A stretch of 63,216 bases of DNA, filler included, from Hyphochytrium catenoides (taxonomy: Eukaryota > Protista > Hyphochytriomycota), in NCBI GenBank assembly GCA_900088475.1. It is 7 parts of 7 records of this genome, joined end to end, with 100 filler letters (N's around TTAATTAATTAA, not from the genome) between each part and the next. Parts side by side here need not be neighbours in the genome. Positions count along the whole stretch, not along the records: positions 14,327 to 19,906 come from FLMG01003802.1; positions 20,007 to 29,893 come from FLMG01001090.1; positions 29,994 to 36,154 come from FLMG01001171.1; 4 more parts are not named here. One strand, 5' to 3'. Positions within the stretch are counted from its first letter, which is position 1, and every line of letters starts with the position of its first letter. The notes below the pieces were generated by a model. The model searched no databases and was not told the origin of the DNA. It was given only the letters and a program-made list of their open reading frames with translations. Below, in pieces: positions 19,463 to 33,359 of this stretch. The position numbers and the translations under genes are program-made.

Positions 19463-19866
19463 NNNNNNNNNNNNNTTTGTCTTACGCACCTGGAACGGGG
19501 TGAAGATGCGACAAAAGGCACAAAGAAACGCTGTAACTGCGAGACAAACGCCATAGCAGTGAGGAAAGAGAAAGCCGCCGTGACCTACGAGCGTCTGCAG
19601 AAAAGGTGACGAGAGAGAAAGAGAGCGAGAGAGAGCTCGGGGTTAGCCTTGGACCCTAGGGAGAGAGAGCAGAGAACCGCAAACGACCTCACTTGGAGAC
19701 AAAGAGGGAGAAACCAGAGATGGTGGAGTGCTGTCAGCGTCCTCAGAGGCCCCTGATAGCCATGGGAAGTGAGATATTTCGCCACTCCAACGGGGAACTT
19801 GCGGAAGAGAAGGAAGCCAACGACGTCGAGATACCAGCAAAGCTGGTCGCCGGACACTACTGACAG
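19184..19866 (-). CDS. Conserved protist multi-pass membrane hypothetical protein, 5'-truncated by scaffold end
   Basis: Exons 19866-19693, 19594-19490 and 19420-19184 give LSVVSGDQLCWYLDVVGFLLFRKFPVGVAKYL...HHLWFLPLCLQTLVGHGG...RIFTPFQVYAE...YLNINGAFEFWRDIHIAFLH...RKRAE*. Splice phases are consistent and hydrophobic segments are present. Confidence 0.75.
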
Positions 19867-22412
19867 CTGTGTGACCCGGGAAGGACAGGAAGAGGGAGAA
19901 ACAGAANNNNNNNNNNNNNNNNNNNNNNNNNNNNNNNNNNNNNNNNNNNNTTAATTAATTAANNNNNNNNNNNNNNNNNNNNNNNNNNNNNNNNNNNNNN
20001 NNNNNNACTAGCAGAACTACTACTGTTTCTCGTTAGGTGAGGAAGGAACAGAGCTTGAACTAAGTCACAGGCTGGAATCGACTCTAGTGTCGTCTTGCAT
20101 CATTCAGCTCCTTCTAGGCCTTTTGAGGAGGTCCATCTTCTTCTTCTACATCTGATCTTCTACTAGCTACTCTAACTATTCTTAATAAATTCGTCTTATG
20201 GTGGCTGTATGGGTGGCGAGGATGAATCCAGTGACGTTGTTACCTTGACACTGGTTTCTTGAGGACTTTCGCCTTCTCTAGGCAGTATGATGTTGATAGA
20301 GAGACCTTGCCGCTTATTGTAATAGCAAGATATAGTTCTTCCAAATAATAGCTGCTTCGTTGTTGTTGAGACATGGTAGCTTGCCTTTTTTCTTCTTCTA
20401 CTGCTCTTTCGAACCTCTTCTTCTCTCTACCAAGAACCATCGTCCCCGGTTGTCCTAAAATCTTCGCATGCAGCTAACTTCTCCTGATAGGTTCCATTTA
20501 CTTCGAAAGGGAACCAGATATAAACTTGTACCAGGTGTACCAGTTGTTCCTCTTATCCGTAATCTTCATTCAGTGAGATGGCCTTTTATCATCACTACTT
20601 AGAAGAAGAGGGGAAAAAAGAAGTAAATGGAGGAGGAGAAGAAGGAGATGATAGAAAATGGAAGAAGAGGAGGAAAGGGAAGAAGAGACAGGAAAAGCTG
20701 TTATAAAGCCTTGGCCTCGTCGTCCCCCTCTCGATCTGCTGCTTCACGCTCATCTTCATCGCCCCGTGATGATGGAAGAATCATAGGATGATGAACAGTT
20801 TTCATGACCTTGTGGATGGTCATAACAAAGTATTACGTCCAGCGCATCAAGATCAACCAGCCGCCCGCCCAAGAACACCTGGATATACTTGTGGTCATCT
20901 CGGAAACGCATCTTTGCATGTCAGTGTGTGATTCTAGCAATGTTCTTGACGATCCCGCAATGCCTTGTTGTCCTCTATTGGGACTCCGCCATTCCAACAA
21001 CAAAGCAAGAAAGAAGAAGACAGCAGGCTGCCACGGCACAAACAACACGACGCGAGGAGAGAGAGGGCATCATCAGACACCAACAAAACATCCAACAAAA
21101 AAGAATCCAACAACAAAACAGCGGAGATGTCGTCAGTGATGAAGCAAAACAGTAGTCGAATATCAGGAGAAGATATCAAGAAGAACTAGCTGTACGAGTA
21201 CTATTGAACGATGATGGTCCCTCTGTACTGCGTACGCCCAGCCATCTCATCAGAGCGCAACATGAGGAGGAGGTAACGGGCAGTTCAATAATAGAACAGT
21301 AGTGAATGACTGCGAAAGGATGGTCTACCGGTCCAAAGGGAGAAAGACTTGAAAAGACTAGGAGACATAGACTGTAGAACGACTCTGCGATACCCTGGCC
21401 CGTCCTGGAGCTCGTCCTGGGCAACCGCCGTCTCTAGCCCTCACAATATACGAGAAACCAAGTGGGAGGACTCAGACCCTGATTTCCTGCTTCTTCTATT
21501 GCTGCTGCTGGCTTCATCAGGGCTGATCCTGTCACTCGCGTACAGGTACTCTAAACATTGTCGCCTGTCGCACTAAGTCGACTAGCAACCTCTAACTAGC
21601 ACCTACACCAGATGCTGCTAGTCTTAGCTGGCCGCGTGTCATCTTAGGCAACCTAAGCTAACTTGTCAGCCTCTCCTCCCTGTTGGCACATAGAAGACGC
21701 CCATTGATTGCCCTCTGGTCTGTCTCCGGCTTCCTTCAACTGTCCCTGTGAAGACTGCCATCCAAACGGTACAACAACTGCCAATTAAGAGTGTGATATT
21801 ATTCCGACTACTGCACCAGACATCCCAGTTTGTGGGACTCTTATCCTGAGCTTCCGCCTCCCTCACGACGCGCTTGGCGCATGCCAGTTCAGGATCACTT
21901 CTTGTTTGCCCGCCACTTTGCTGCGCAAGCTCTAGATAGCTTCTCCTGACATCAGTTAAATCATTCTTCATCTCTCTCTCTCTCTCTCTCCTCTCTTTCT
22001 TTCTCATTCTCGCTCGCTCTGTCTCTCTCGCTCTGTATTTTCTTTTTTCTATTTCTCTCTCTCTCTCTCTGTGCGTCGGTAGGACCTTCACTTTTCTTTA
22101 AGCCATGCGTCAAAGGCGCAGGAGCCGCTTGTAGCGGAACATACTCGGAGCACCATCTCAGCGACGACAGAGAAGGTGGTAGAGAACTAGTCCGGAGTAG
22201 ACACTCCTCCTTCTTGGCAGCGTTAAACCGAGCGCCTTTCTGTCCAAGCAGCTCACAACAGAGAAAGATCACGCTAATAGACTTTGTAGACGCGAAGAAG
22301 ACGTCTCCGAACTGAAATAATGAAGAGACGGGAGGGATAACAGGTGGCGCTGCTCGAGAACGGCTGAAACAAACAGACGCGGGGAAAGAGGATCCTTTTG
22401 TGAGAGCTCCAC

Positions 22413-23787
22413 ATGATGACAGCGCTCATCCTCTTATTCAATGTGCTGTTCCTGCTGGCAGCCAACCTGGGCCCTACCCTTGCTGCCTCCAACTGTTCCA
22501 GGACCCTGACTGCCACTCCTTCCATGCTCTACTCCGGCTGCGCCCAGAACACAACGCAAGAGCCAAACTTTGATGGGCGCAGCCTGGGAATCGTAAAGCG
22601 ATTTAAGTGCCACTTCCGCTCTCTAAAAACCTTGGGCTTCCCAAATGGGACCAATGGCAGAATAGGACCGGCTACCATCGTGACAGGTCTCTCTCTCACC
22701 TACGAGCTAGCAGGACAGGAGAAGGAGGTACTAGTAGGCGCGGTGGACCCCCAAGATCAGACTGCAGAGCTCAGTCTGGCTGCAGAAGACTATATAAGCC
22801 ACGTGTCTGTCACGCTCTCCGACGTGATCGACACGCTGAAGGTCACGACCAAGAACGGNNNNNNNNNNNNNNNNNNNNNNNNNNNNNNNNNNNNNNNNNN
22901 NNNNNNNNNNNNNNNNGCCAACGACGGAGCTTTCTTTGGGGCACTAGTAGGCCACGCCCTATCTGGAGCCGAGGAGGGAGCAAGCGCCGGTGGCAGCAGG
23001 ACGCTGTGTTCAGGTCCAGCGCTGCTGTCAATCGGATTCTACCAGTATCCAGGTAAGGAAGAGTCTCAGTCAATGTCTTCTGTTAGTGCTCACAATAGTT
23101 GATCTGAGAGATTTGTACCCTTCCTCTTGAGTTCTCCTCTCCCTGCAGATGGATCTGTAACTAGCACACTAACCTCCTCCTTATAACGCTCTCTTTCTCT
23201 GGTTCAACTCCCCTTTCATGATGGCAGTTGGTTGTCTGAAAGGAGAAGACAACCAGCCGCAACAGGCGTCCGATGTTCCAAACACTGGCTCTTCGAGAGA
23301 GGCGGGAGGGTACAACCGCTCCGTGTGGCTGATCGTGATGGTCTCTATCATTGGAACTGTCCTCCTCTCCTGTCTTCTCATAGGAGTTTATGTATGGAAG
23401 AGGTGGATTCCTCGCTCCCATAGACAGCGAACGGAAGGAGTCAAAAAGGTAGCATGGAAGGGAAGTATACAGGACGTGGAGAGCTTTTCTCGGGAGCAGG
23501 ACTATCTGAAGTACTATGGGAGCGGGGACGCAGGCGAGCGGTATGGGTATGCCGTGGGAGAAGAGGAAGGATATGCACGAGAGACCGCTGCGTCTACCAC
23601 TCATGCGGCAGGATACTTCGCTGCTCGTATTAGCAGAGGTTACCAAGACAAAGATAGGCCGACTTACCCCTCTGACAGCTTAGAAGATCGAAGGGAAACG
23701 GTACCTATGCCATCTAGTCATACAGGCATCAAGGTATTAGATAACTGGCTGATCTCCTCCTTCCGAGGGACGTACAGGGAGCGATGA
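22413..23787 (+). CDS. Type I membrane protein with signal peptide, jacalin-like (beta-prism) lectin domain, TM helix and Tyr-rich tail
   Basis: Hydrophobic N-terminus and jacalin-like pattern IVTGLSLTY...LAAEDYISHVSV...IDTLKVTTKNG...LVGH...LLSIGFY. Donor after 23052 (G|gtaagg), with acceptor about 23227 or 23242 in frame with ORF 23218-23787, which carries TM VWLIVMVSIIGTVLLSCLLIGVYVW-KR. Confidence 0.65.
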
Positions 23788-24298
23788 AGGGATAGCGATG
23801 CGCAGCTCGCAATGGGAACAGATGGGTTAATACTGAAAGAGAATTGCCTAAGAGAGAAGAGAAAGCAAGGGGCCATTAGAGCGAGTGTATGTCTGTCTCG
23901 CTTTGTTAACTATTTATTGCATGCAAGCAGAAGCTAGCATGCGCCACTTAATAGAAAGGACTGAAGGGATAAGAAAGCGCGCTTAGCTCTTGAAGGATTA
24001 GATGCGAGTATGGCAAGCCAGAAGAGGAGTGATTCTAGGGGGGAGAGACAGAAAGAATGATGGGTGGCGCAATTGGCTCACTCCGTATCGAGAGCTGCAC
24101 GTCCGTACAAGAGAGAACCAACGGTCTTTGACTTCCCGTTGGACCTGGGCCGCCACGTAAAAGAAATACAAGGGAGGAGGAAGGAGGTGCGGGCCCTATA
24201 GGATATCTACGTTCTCTTCTCATATTATCGCGTGCAACCTGGCGAGAAGCCGTGACCGTCTCTGAACACCTCGGAGTACCCTCAACAGCCAATTGTCG

Positions 24299-27200
24299 CT
24301 AGCCGTTGGTGCTTTCTCGTCGCTGCTTCAGTGTACGCAATGTGCTCGTTATTGCGTCGTTAGGAAACTCCACCCGACAGCGAAGGACTGCTTCCAGCGT
24401 CTGATCATCAATCGAACTAGGAGAGAGACCGAAGTCAAGAAGGTCTGTAGGTTTTTCCAGACTTAGAACAAGGGTCATCTAGAGAGAGTAATCAGGAGAG
24501 AGGTTAGCTAAATTGAGGGCAGCGGAGGAGGCAGGTTCGAAGGCATGAGGAGAGGCACACGTGCATTGCCGATGGCTAGAGGACGATAGTTTGGTGGACA
24601 TTAGTGCTGCTTTGGCACCGACGATGATTCTTATGGGGGAGACAGAGAAAGGAGCTGAGCGGTGTCATGGGATGGCGTTCTACCTGGTTCAACTTAGAAA
24701 AAGATTCCCTCAGATTGCCTGCATCTAGTGTCGATAAACCGGAGAGCATCGCTCTGACCTGAAAAAGAAGTGTAAATACGTTGAAAAAGACTAGGAAGAA
24801 ATAGCATCAAGACTGTATAGGACCTGAGGACTGTCAATCTGGGAAAGAAGGCAATCAAACGGCATGAAGGACAAGTTGAGCACTGTGATCAGATGCAAGA
24901 AAAGCAGAGCTACCTCTTTCTGCATTTGGATCGCCCCAAACTCGTTGAATTTCTTCAAGAGGATCCATTGTTCGAGACTTCCCGCCACCACCTGGCCTAG
25001 GGCGGACACAAATTCGTCCAGAGCTGAGCTACACAGCCCCTGAAGGCATAGAGATACCAAGCGGTTCTGGCGTGGGACAAGAGAGGCAAGTGAAGACAAG
25101 CCGTAAGGAAGATGGCGATGGGACAATATGAAACGCAGGTAAACAGATAAAGAAAATACCTGTGCATAAAGATCAATGCAGCGAAAGACAGGTCGCAGAG
25201 GGTGAGTTAGAGAGTTGGAGCGAGCAACTTGCAGTGCTGAGACAGAGCGCGATAACTAATAAACGGCAACAAAAACAGGCATTTGCCGCCAGCCTTGAGG
25301 TTGAAAAGAGGAGAGAAGTGGATAATCGTTGTCAGGAGAGAGAAGTCGCTTGTGTTTACCTTCTTTAGCCTCTCAATGAATCTACTGACGTAATTATCAT
25401 GGAGCATTTCGCCCTTCTGGAAGGTCTCAGCAGTCATCACGTAGTCCTGGTGCTCCATGACTGCCAGCACCCGATAATCAGTGACCAAACCAGATTATAG
25501 AGGAACGTCGGCAGACTTAGCGACGTACGGACATGGGTCCAGAAAGAACAAGGACTTAGAGCGGCCAAAGGCTTTTTATGGAGGAGATGAGAGCTGGAGG
25601 ACGACACAACAGTAATCGCTGGTAGGCAGAGGAGAACTGACACGTGGTCTTTACCTGCGGAGAGATAGTTCCGTAGTCCCACGTCTAACCCTCTTCCTAT
25701 CAATCCGCGGACCCCGCTCTGCACTGCTGACTTGAAATCCTCCACCAACTCGTCCAGCCCCTTGGGGGCAAACTCGAGCATTGGAGGAGCAGATGGGAAG
25801 GTATCGCTGCACTGAGCGACCGTCTGTACATTAAAGAAGAGTAGCAGCCAATTGTCAAGGAAAGATTGACCACACAGCAAAGAGCCTGAGGCACTCTCAT
25901 CGAATACCAATGAGCTGAAGGAAGCGAGGTATGAGCGTCAGAGGAGCAAAAGAGGTAGCATGGGCAGCTCAGACGGTAGCTAGCAAAGTATTGACAGTGC
26001 GGGACTGTGTCAAAATATCAACATACTAGAGGGAAAAAAAACGAGGCTCAGCCCTACAGAACAGAGAAGCGGCCGGCGCTTATGGACTCAAAGGGGCGCG
26101 CATTTTATGGGATCTGAAGGTTTGCAGGATTCGGGGCTACCTCTGCCAACCTTTGGGCACACATCATGCTCATCTCTGCCGAGTTGATAGCTATCACCAG
26201 CCGGACCTCCTCCTGCAGCGTACCTCGTCAGTTTTCGTATCTTCCACACTTCATATTTGTGTTAAGTCGCTTCCGTCACAGTCGCATTGCTTGCCGCTTA
26301 TGGAAGGACTGGCGAAAAACAGTGCACAAAGCCGTCCTTCTCCCCTTTGATCATGGTCTTCCTTCTCCTCTAGCACTGTAACGCTAGCACCTTACCTCTT
26401 GCTTCTGAATAATATCCGCGTCTAGAGCTTGTATCAGCTTTTCTGACCACTGCGAAGCTACTGCAGACAAAGCGCTGGTTCCACCGCGGGAGGACGTCTC
26501 TGCTTCATCTCCGCTGTCAGCAGCCGACTCACTCCAGATTGAGACAGAGCGGAAAGAGAGAGAGCGATGTGAGTGGTAAATTCATAAATAAATCCGCCTT
26601 TCCCTATGCTGTTCTTCAACATCCTCAGATTAGAGTCTCCTCGACCCTTGGTGGCCTACTGTCTTTTCTCCCAGCATTTCTAACACATTTCTGTCTAGGT
26701 CCCATACTCAGTCCTCACCTCGGAGTGTCTGTCCTTGCGCCCTGTTGGTCCCTAATGACTTCCCCAATATCGAGAGAAGTGTTGTCGGGGATGCGTAGGA
26801 GTCCGGGTAAGAAGAGAGACTCCAGACTGTCCATCACTCCAAGCGCAATGGTCCGAGCCGCTACGGGGCTCAAGCTGTGTCCATTCGTGGCAAAAGAAGA
26901 CTATAAGAGAACTATGGCCAAGACGGTGACTTGAAGAAAGATAGGCAAGGACAAAAGATGAATAATGAGGCAAAGGCATAAATAGATACCGGTTTAGAAA
27001 TGGGAGAGACGGAGGCATAAAAAGAAAAAGCCAACAGCAATCTAAGTGAGAAGAAGGTACCTGGTTGTGGCCCGCGTGATACATTTCGACAACACATAGA
27101 ACACATCTTCTACGACGCTGGAAGGAACCGCTTCTAAGTCGCGACCGTTTAAGAGAAATATGACCATCTCTGACTCTCCGATTTTGCTCCAAAGCCTGTG

Positions 27201-29893
27201 GTTGTTGCTGCGCTGGCCCACTTCCCTATCTCTTTTTCTTATCTTCTTATATCACCTATCTCTCCGGTGCCTCTCTTACCTGCTATAGTATACGCCTGGC
27301 TCTAGCTCTTGGACAACCTGCAGCTCCACCGCCTTTTGGACTGTCTGGTGGAGGTAGAACCTTTCCAGCATCAGATAGCTGGCGTCTAACTCTTTTCTCT
27401 GGGAGAGGCGACGGAGATTTGTAAGGAGCCCCAATTTGAACTGACCGAACGCGGCAGGGAGAAACTGACAAGGGCTACCGGGCAACCTCTAGGGGCAAGA
27501 AAGATGACAAAGAAAGGGGAATGCCAATGACAAGCCCTCCGATGCAAGAGAAAGGACTAGAGCAGGGAAAGCCCGCGATAAAGTGGTCCAAACCTTGTTG
27601 ATGAAAGGGTTGGAGGCATCAACTAATAGTCCGTTCGGCAGAAGGGCCGTCACATAGCCAATATACCTGCACAGCGGTCACCGGGAGATGTAAGCCCGTC
27701 GCTTATGAGAAGACAATGGTGCTTGAGTGCGCGAAGGGAGCCTGAGAGCGTCGCATACCGACAAATACAGAAGCTGAAAGACTGACAAGGATGGGAGAAA
27801 GTCAAAAAAATCACTGCCTCCAGAAAAGGCATCACGTGGAAGTGCACAGCGATGATGTTGAGAGAACATAAGGATCGAGTCGGAAAAAGGAATAGCCTCT
27901 ACAGGCTATCTTGATCCGGAGACAGGAGAGTTAAGGGGTGAGAGATATAGCCTGGAGGAGAGAATGAGAGAGAAAGAGAGACAAAGAGTAAGGGAACAGG
28001 GACGGGAAGGCGACAGAGAAAAAGAGAGAGACAGCGAGAGATAAATAAAGAGAACGGGACCTCTCCATGAGTTCATTGACCAGTGCAAGTTCATCCAACA
28101 GAAGGTCGATGGACTGAATACTTTCATCGCTCTCCACAGCTCTCGACGCACCACCTGGAGTCAAACGGGCAAACTCTATCGCTCTGCGCTCCCAAGTATG
28201 CAGCTTTATGGAGCGATAGACAGAGGAACCGGCAGAGGAGCTCGCGTCAAATACAAGGATGGAGTTTTGACGGGAAGAAAGCAAGCAGATAGTGCCAGCT
28301 CAAGAACTAAAGTTCGAGACCGAGGAAGGCACAGAACTTGTGTCTCCTTTGCTTTTGGAACCAAACATAGAAGATGATGCGGGAGAACAAGAGAGAGCGA
28401 GGAGGCGATGGGACGTACTTTGGACGCTTCTGAGTACATTTCTATCACTTCTAAGGTCTGTACAGTGCATTCCTGGAGACAGAGAAAATTAATGGCCGGT
28501 GGGTACGTGACGAGAGAGAGATACTAACATACGCAGAGGACTGAATTGAGTTCCCACCTCTATCAGCCCCTCTAAGACTCCCTTTTCTGTGTCAACGCCT
28601 AAGAAGACATCACAGACAGAGGAGATCTGGGTGCAGCTGGAGCTCAGTAACTCGTTCAAGGCATTCACAAAGTCGCTCCTGCAGGGAAGATGAGTGAGCC
28701 CCGCATCTAGTCTCTTTGACCAAGGCCTTTGCTCGCGTGGCCTACGTTTGACACAATTTCTCCTTTTGCATCTTCAATAGCTTTTTGCCCAGTCTCCCTA
28801 CCTGTCTGCAGGCGCTGAAGCTGTGCTCAGTTTACGCTGAGCTTTCAGATTCTCTAACAGCTGCCGAGCCCTAATAGTATGACAATAAAGTAGATAGTAC
28901 GTTATGTTCGCTAACGTAGCAGAAAAAGGAAGACAGAGGATTGTTGCGATACAGGAGCTTAAAAAAGAAAAGCCCAAGAGAGAGACCGACCCCAGAGAGA
29001 GAAAGAGAGAAAGAGAGAGAGAGAGAGAAAGGGAGAGAAAGAGAGAGAAAGAGAGAGAAAGACGGAGAGAGAGAGAAAGAGAGAGAGCGAGAGAGAGGGT
29101 GGGAGGGAGAGAGAGAAACCGACAAGAAGAGAAAATACATAGCGGTCAGGGAGATAGACAGGAAAAGAAGGGAAAGACAGGAGAGGAGGAAACGAAGAGA
29201 GAAGCGACAAAGAGAAGAGAGAGAAGAGAGACAAGTTGCTACTTCAGAACTCTGATCTAAGATGGAGGAGGGGATCCGGTACCTCTGTTTGTAGATGCGG
29301 CGGAGATGACCGCCAAAAATAACTGCGGCCTTATCCGCTACCGTGAAAGAGGGAGAAAGATGATAAAGATAAAGCGCCTCATCTCCTTTCTCCGCTCTGC
29401 AAGCAGCACGCAAAGAGTCCAAAAGTTTCTCTCCTAAGATCTTCGCCTTGGCCTCACAAGCCTGGAAGATCTTGAGAAGCGGCAGGCAGAGCCGAGACAA
29501 CGGTGAGGAAAGTAGGCAAACATAGCGCAGTCCGTTCAAAAGAAACACTTGGGATAGAAGCAAAGTAATAGAGCCGAGAGCCGGAGACTTCGCTCAGGCA
29601 GATGCGAAGAGTCAGCACCAGGACAGAGCTTCTTGCATCTCAGGGCAGTAGCTCTTTTTGTTTACCTCGTCTTGGACTTTGAGGACTTCTCTGTCCACAG
29701 CGAAAGCCTGACTGTCTGCAGCGGCAATGTATTTTTTCATTTCCTCAAGTGATGACGCAGCTTTGAGATAACTCGCCTCAGCCACTGCGATGTGGAATGC
29801 CGTCACAAACTCATCAAAGGATGAAGCATCATAGGAAACAGCAGGTGGCGCCAGAATTTCAGTGCCCTTTACATCGGGTCCGGCCGTATCCTG
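24299..29893 (-). CDS. COG4: Conserved oligomeric Golgi complex subunit 4, multi-exon, 5'-truncated by scaffold end
   Basis: Spliced motifs IDLLLDELALVNELMERYIGYV, YLMLERFYLHQTVQKAVEL, SVVEDVFYVLSKCITRA, KKFNEFGAIQMQKEVRAM, LRESFSKLNQMTLVLSLEKP and AVLRCRVEF match COG4. Stop TAG at 24301-24299. Confidence 0.88.
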
Positions 29894-29993
29894 NNNNNNN
29901 NNNNNNNNNNNNNNNNNNNNNNNNNNNNNNNNNNNNNTTAATTAATTAANNNNNNNNNNNNNNNNNNNNNNNNNNNNNNNNNNNNNNNNNNNN

Positions 29994-32900
29994 TGCATCT
30001 AGATTGTGCTCATACAGAAGCTTCAGGCATTGCCACCCATCTCTGTAAAGCGGTACGGAATCTGCAACAACTCCTGCTCTTCGGTCGGACTCAACGCTAA
30101 GAGCTCGCACGCCAATGGGAAGATGCTCCCCTGCCACAGCTGGGGTGCTGGTTGGGTTGGATTCCTCCATACGAAATTTCTTCAGTATGTCTTGAATATA
30201 TCCTCGTTTGTCTAAAGTATATCTTGCGATTTGGTCGGTCTCTAAGAACTTCAACCCCAAGGAAATATTGCAACTCTCTCAGGTCCGTGACATCGAAGCG
30301 ATTAGTGAGCAGCTGCTTGACTTAAGTGACTTTGGTGGTGTCTGGAGCAAATATCAGTGTGTCATCAACGAAGGCAGAGATGATTGTTGGTTTGGAACCA
30401 TCGTTGGAATTGCGAATATAGACGCATGGCTCGCAGAGACTGGGGTTCAAAACCATGATCACGCAGATATCCGTCGAGGACTTTATTCCATTGCCGGGGA
30501 CTTTGTTTGAGGCCATAGATACTCCGCTTGAGCTTGCAGACCATGTTCTTCTTCGCTCCAGGCTGCTCGAAGCCAGGAGGCTGACGCATATATATCGTCT
30601 TCCGTACACCTAAATCTCTCCCCCTCGGTGTTGTCAAGGTTGGGTGGAACAGATATGTCTGTTGTCGACGCCGGACCAATCTATTAGTTGGTTTTTTTGA
30701 TCTTCGACTGGAGCCGGAGTCGCGTCGTGGGCTTCAATTAGTATCTCAAAGAGTATGTCAACGTCCTCTGGTGGGGGTGATTTCTGTTGAGAGCAGAAGC
30801 TGACAAGAGCTCTAAAAGGCTCACAGTTCCAGACTCTATCTGACAAGAGGAAGAAGACACAAAAACAAAGTGTTTCAGAGTTATGATAACTAGGTTATTA
30901 TCATCAGGTAGTCTTCATATGACGTCAAGAAGTAGTAACTGGGTCTAGTAGTTTATACGAGACACAGTTACTCTCCAGAACAACTAGACAACGTGATAAC
31001 TAGGAAACAGGGTCCCATAAGCTCTTCATACTTACTTCGAGCATATCAGTAGACCACATAACCTAAATAAGAGTGTCTTCAAATCCCATACATTATACCA
31101 ATTTCGAAGTGTCCGTTCTGGTTCTCGTTGGATGCGACATCACGCCTTTCAATGATTCTCTTTGTCTCTGGATCATATAACCGATACGCTTTCGAATGAT
31201 CTGCATAGCCCACGAAGACATAGTACTTAGCCTTAGCATCCATCTTGGTCTGTTTCAGGGATGAGACCATAAGCTTGACAACCGAAGACACGCAGATGAC
31301 TCCAGTCAGGATTTTTACCCTTCCACATTTTATAGGGGTGTTGTCCTTGTTGAGTGCTGAGTTGGGATATATGCTCCCAAGGTGAGCCTGAGCTGATGTT
31401 TTAAGGGCTTCTCCCCAAAACGATAAGGGAAGTTTTGCAACGTGGAGCATGCAGCGAGCGGACTCCACAAGACTTCGCTGTTTACGCTCAGCGACGCCAT
31501 TTTGGGGTGGTAAATACTTGGCTGCGAGTTCATGGACTATTTCCACGTGTTTTACAGTACTCCTTCATGGCTTCGAGACAGTATTCTGCGCGTTGATTGC
31601 TTCGAATTTCTGGATTTTACATCCAGTTTGTCGTCCCGCTAGACGCACAAACCGAGTCCAGGTGAGTAATCACTTCATCTTTGGATTTCATCAAGTAGAG
31701 AAACGTCCGCCGGGCGTGATCATCTACGAAGACAACATAGTAACGGTGTCCTCCTATACTAAGGGTATTGACAACTCCCACATCGGAGTGAACTAGCTCC
31801 AGGGGTCTTGAAGCTTTGCGAGTCGCTTTCTTGGGGAACTTTACGGCGTGTGTTTTTGCCCAGAATGTATCCGGGGCAGGACTGAGCGTCCTCATGTTTG
31901 ATCTGAATGCCTTCAGCGACTTTGGCTAGTTTCCTGATGTCTGGATTGTTGAGGTGCCCCAGGCGGCGATGCCAAATGGTAACTGACTTTGGTTGGTAGT
32001 TGTGTATTGGTGGCTCATCCAGGTTGTTTCCGACGTGGTGTGTACCTATTACGGCGGGCCTCTGACTTGCTCCTTTTGAGTAGAACAGCGTACCGACGCG
32101 TGTGCCGAGAGATAGTGCACCTTGGCTTGTAGCTAGATGTGGCGTTCTTCGGATCTAGGTAGTAGACGCCACCGTCTTGTGTGAAAAGTTCGTGATGTCG
32201 CTTTTTAAGTTCTTGTCCAATTGAGAGAAGATGCTTCTTAAATCCAGGTGCGTGCAGGAGGGACATGCTCGAGAATGATGGTTTCGGATGAGTCGTAAAG
32301 ATTTAGGCGGACGGATCCTCTGCCTACTGCTTGAACGATTCTGTTGTCGGCTGTCTGTAGGTTGACCGGTTCAATCTGTTCGTATGTATCAAGAGTTCTC
32401 TATCGCCAGTAATGTGGTCGGATGCGCCGCTATCAATTATCGATGACGTTGCTCGGGTCTCGGAGAAGGGAGCATAGGCCGAATTCACTTCCCCTACGAT
32501 TGATTTGTCCCTATCGGGTTTATGCGCTATTGAGTAAGTGGAAGCTCCTCCGAGAGAGTTGATTAGTTTGGTCTTTTCGTTAGGATCCAACGAATTGATA
32601 AAAGCCGCAAATAGTGCGGTTGAGTAGGCGGCTGGTACGCCCTTCTGTTTACGGGTGTGCTTCGGAGACGATGATGGCCGAAGATGCGCATTATTAGCCA
32701 GTTCCCACCATGCTTCTTGTTAAGGTCTTCCCCGGCACTTGCAATGAGGGCAGACGTTCAGTTGCGGTTGTCCTTTGTTTGGACGTGTTTGGGTGGATGC
32801 AAGTGCGTTCTAGCTTCCTTTCCTGAGCTTGTTAGGCGGTGGACTTCGTTCATCAGATACTCTTCCAACTGATCAGTGGTCAGGTTTCCAGTTCCTTAAA

Positions 32901-33350
32901 GGTGGATGACGTCTACTGCAGCCTTCAGAGAGTCTGGTAGGTTCGTCAGTATTCCGGTCATGATGCGTAGCTTGTCCTTGAAATCATTCATTTGCATCAT
33001 CTCCTCGATGAGATCCCATCTGCGTCTTTGTTCTGCAAGAAAGGCTGGAAGGGTGGCTACATCTTGTTGTTTGTTGGTAGTAAGATACCCCATTATGGTA
33101 GTTACTATGTTGTCAACATTGCGACTTTCATAACAGTTGCTGAAGCTTGACCGATGCTTGTCTGGCAGACATTCTTCTGATGGCAGCGATAAGTTTGTTC
33201 TCCACGCACAGTATAGTTCTGCTATGGACTTGATCATCTTTCAGCTCCCACTGCTGTGGATCAGACGCTTTTGCATACTCTTCTGCTTTGGGGTGATATG
33301 AGCCGCTAATCCGTCGACTTTTAGGCAGGCTGTCATCTTCCCACTCCACA
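29994..33350 (-). mobile_element. Degenerate Ty1/copia LTR retrotransposon internal region (gag-PR-IN-RT), frameshifted and interrupted
   Basis: UBN2-type gag at ~33350-32880. Protease IIDSGASDHITGD at ~32430. GAG-pre-integrase WHRRLGHLN at ~31960. Integrase PLELVHSDV / YYVVFVDDH / PQNGVAERK. RT IYMRQPPGF, LKRSIYGLKQSPRQW and FVDD at ~30200-30620. Integrase precedes RT, which is the copia order. Confidence 0.92.
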
Positions 33351-33359
33351 TAGGATAAC

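Noticed and set aside
20200-21900. Coding-like fragments on both strands
   Set aside because: Multiple stops and no family motif. They cannot be supported as a gene or TE.
25853-25862. U12-like branch motif TTCCTTGAC in a COG4 intron
   Set aside because: The donor is ordinary (gtagcc), and canonical GT-AG splicing gives a good COG4 alignment.
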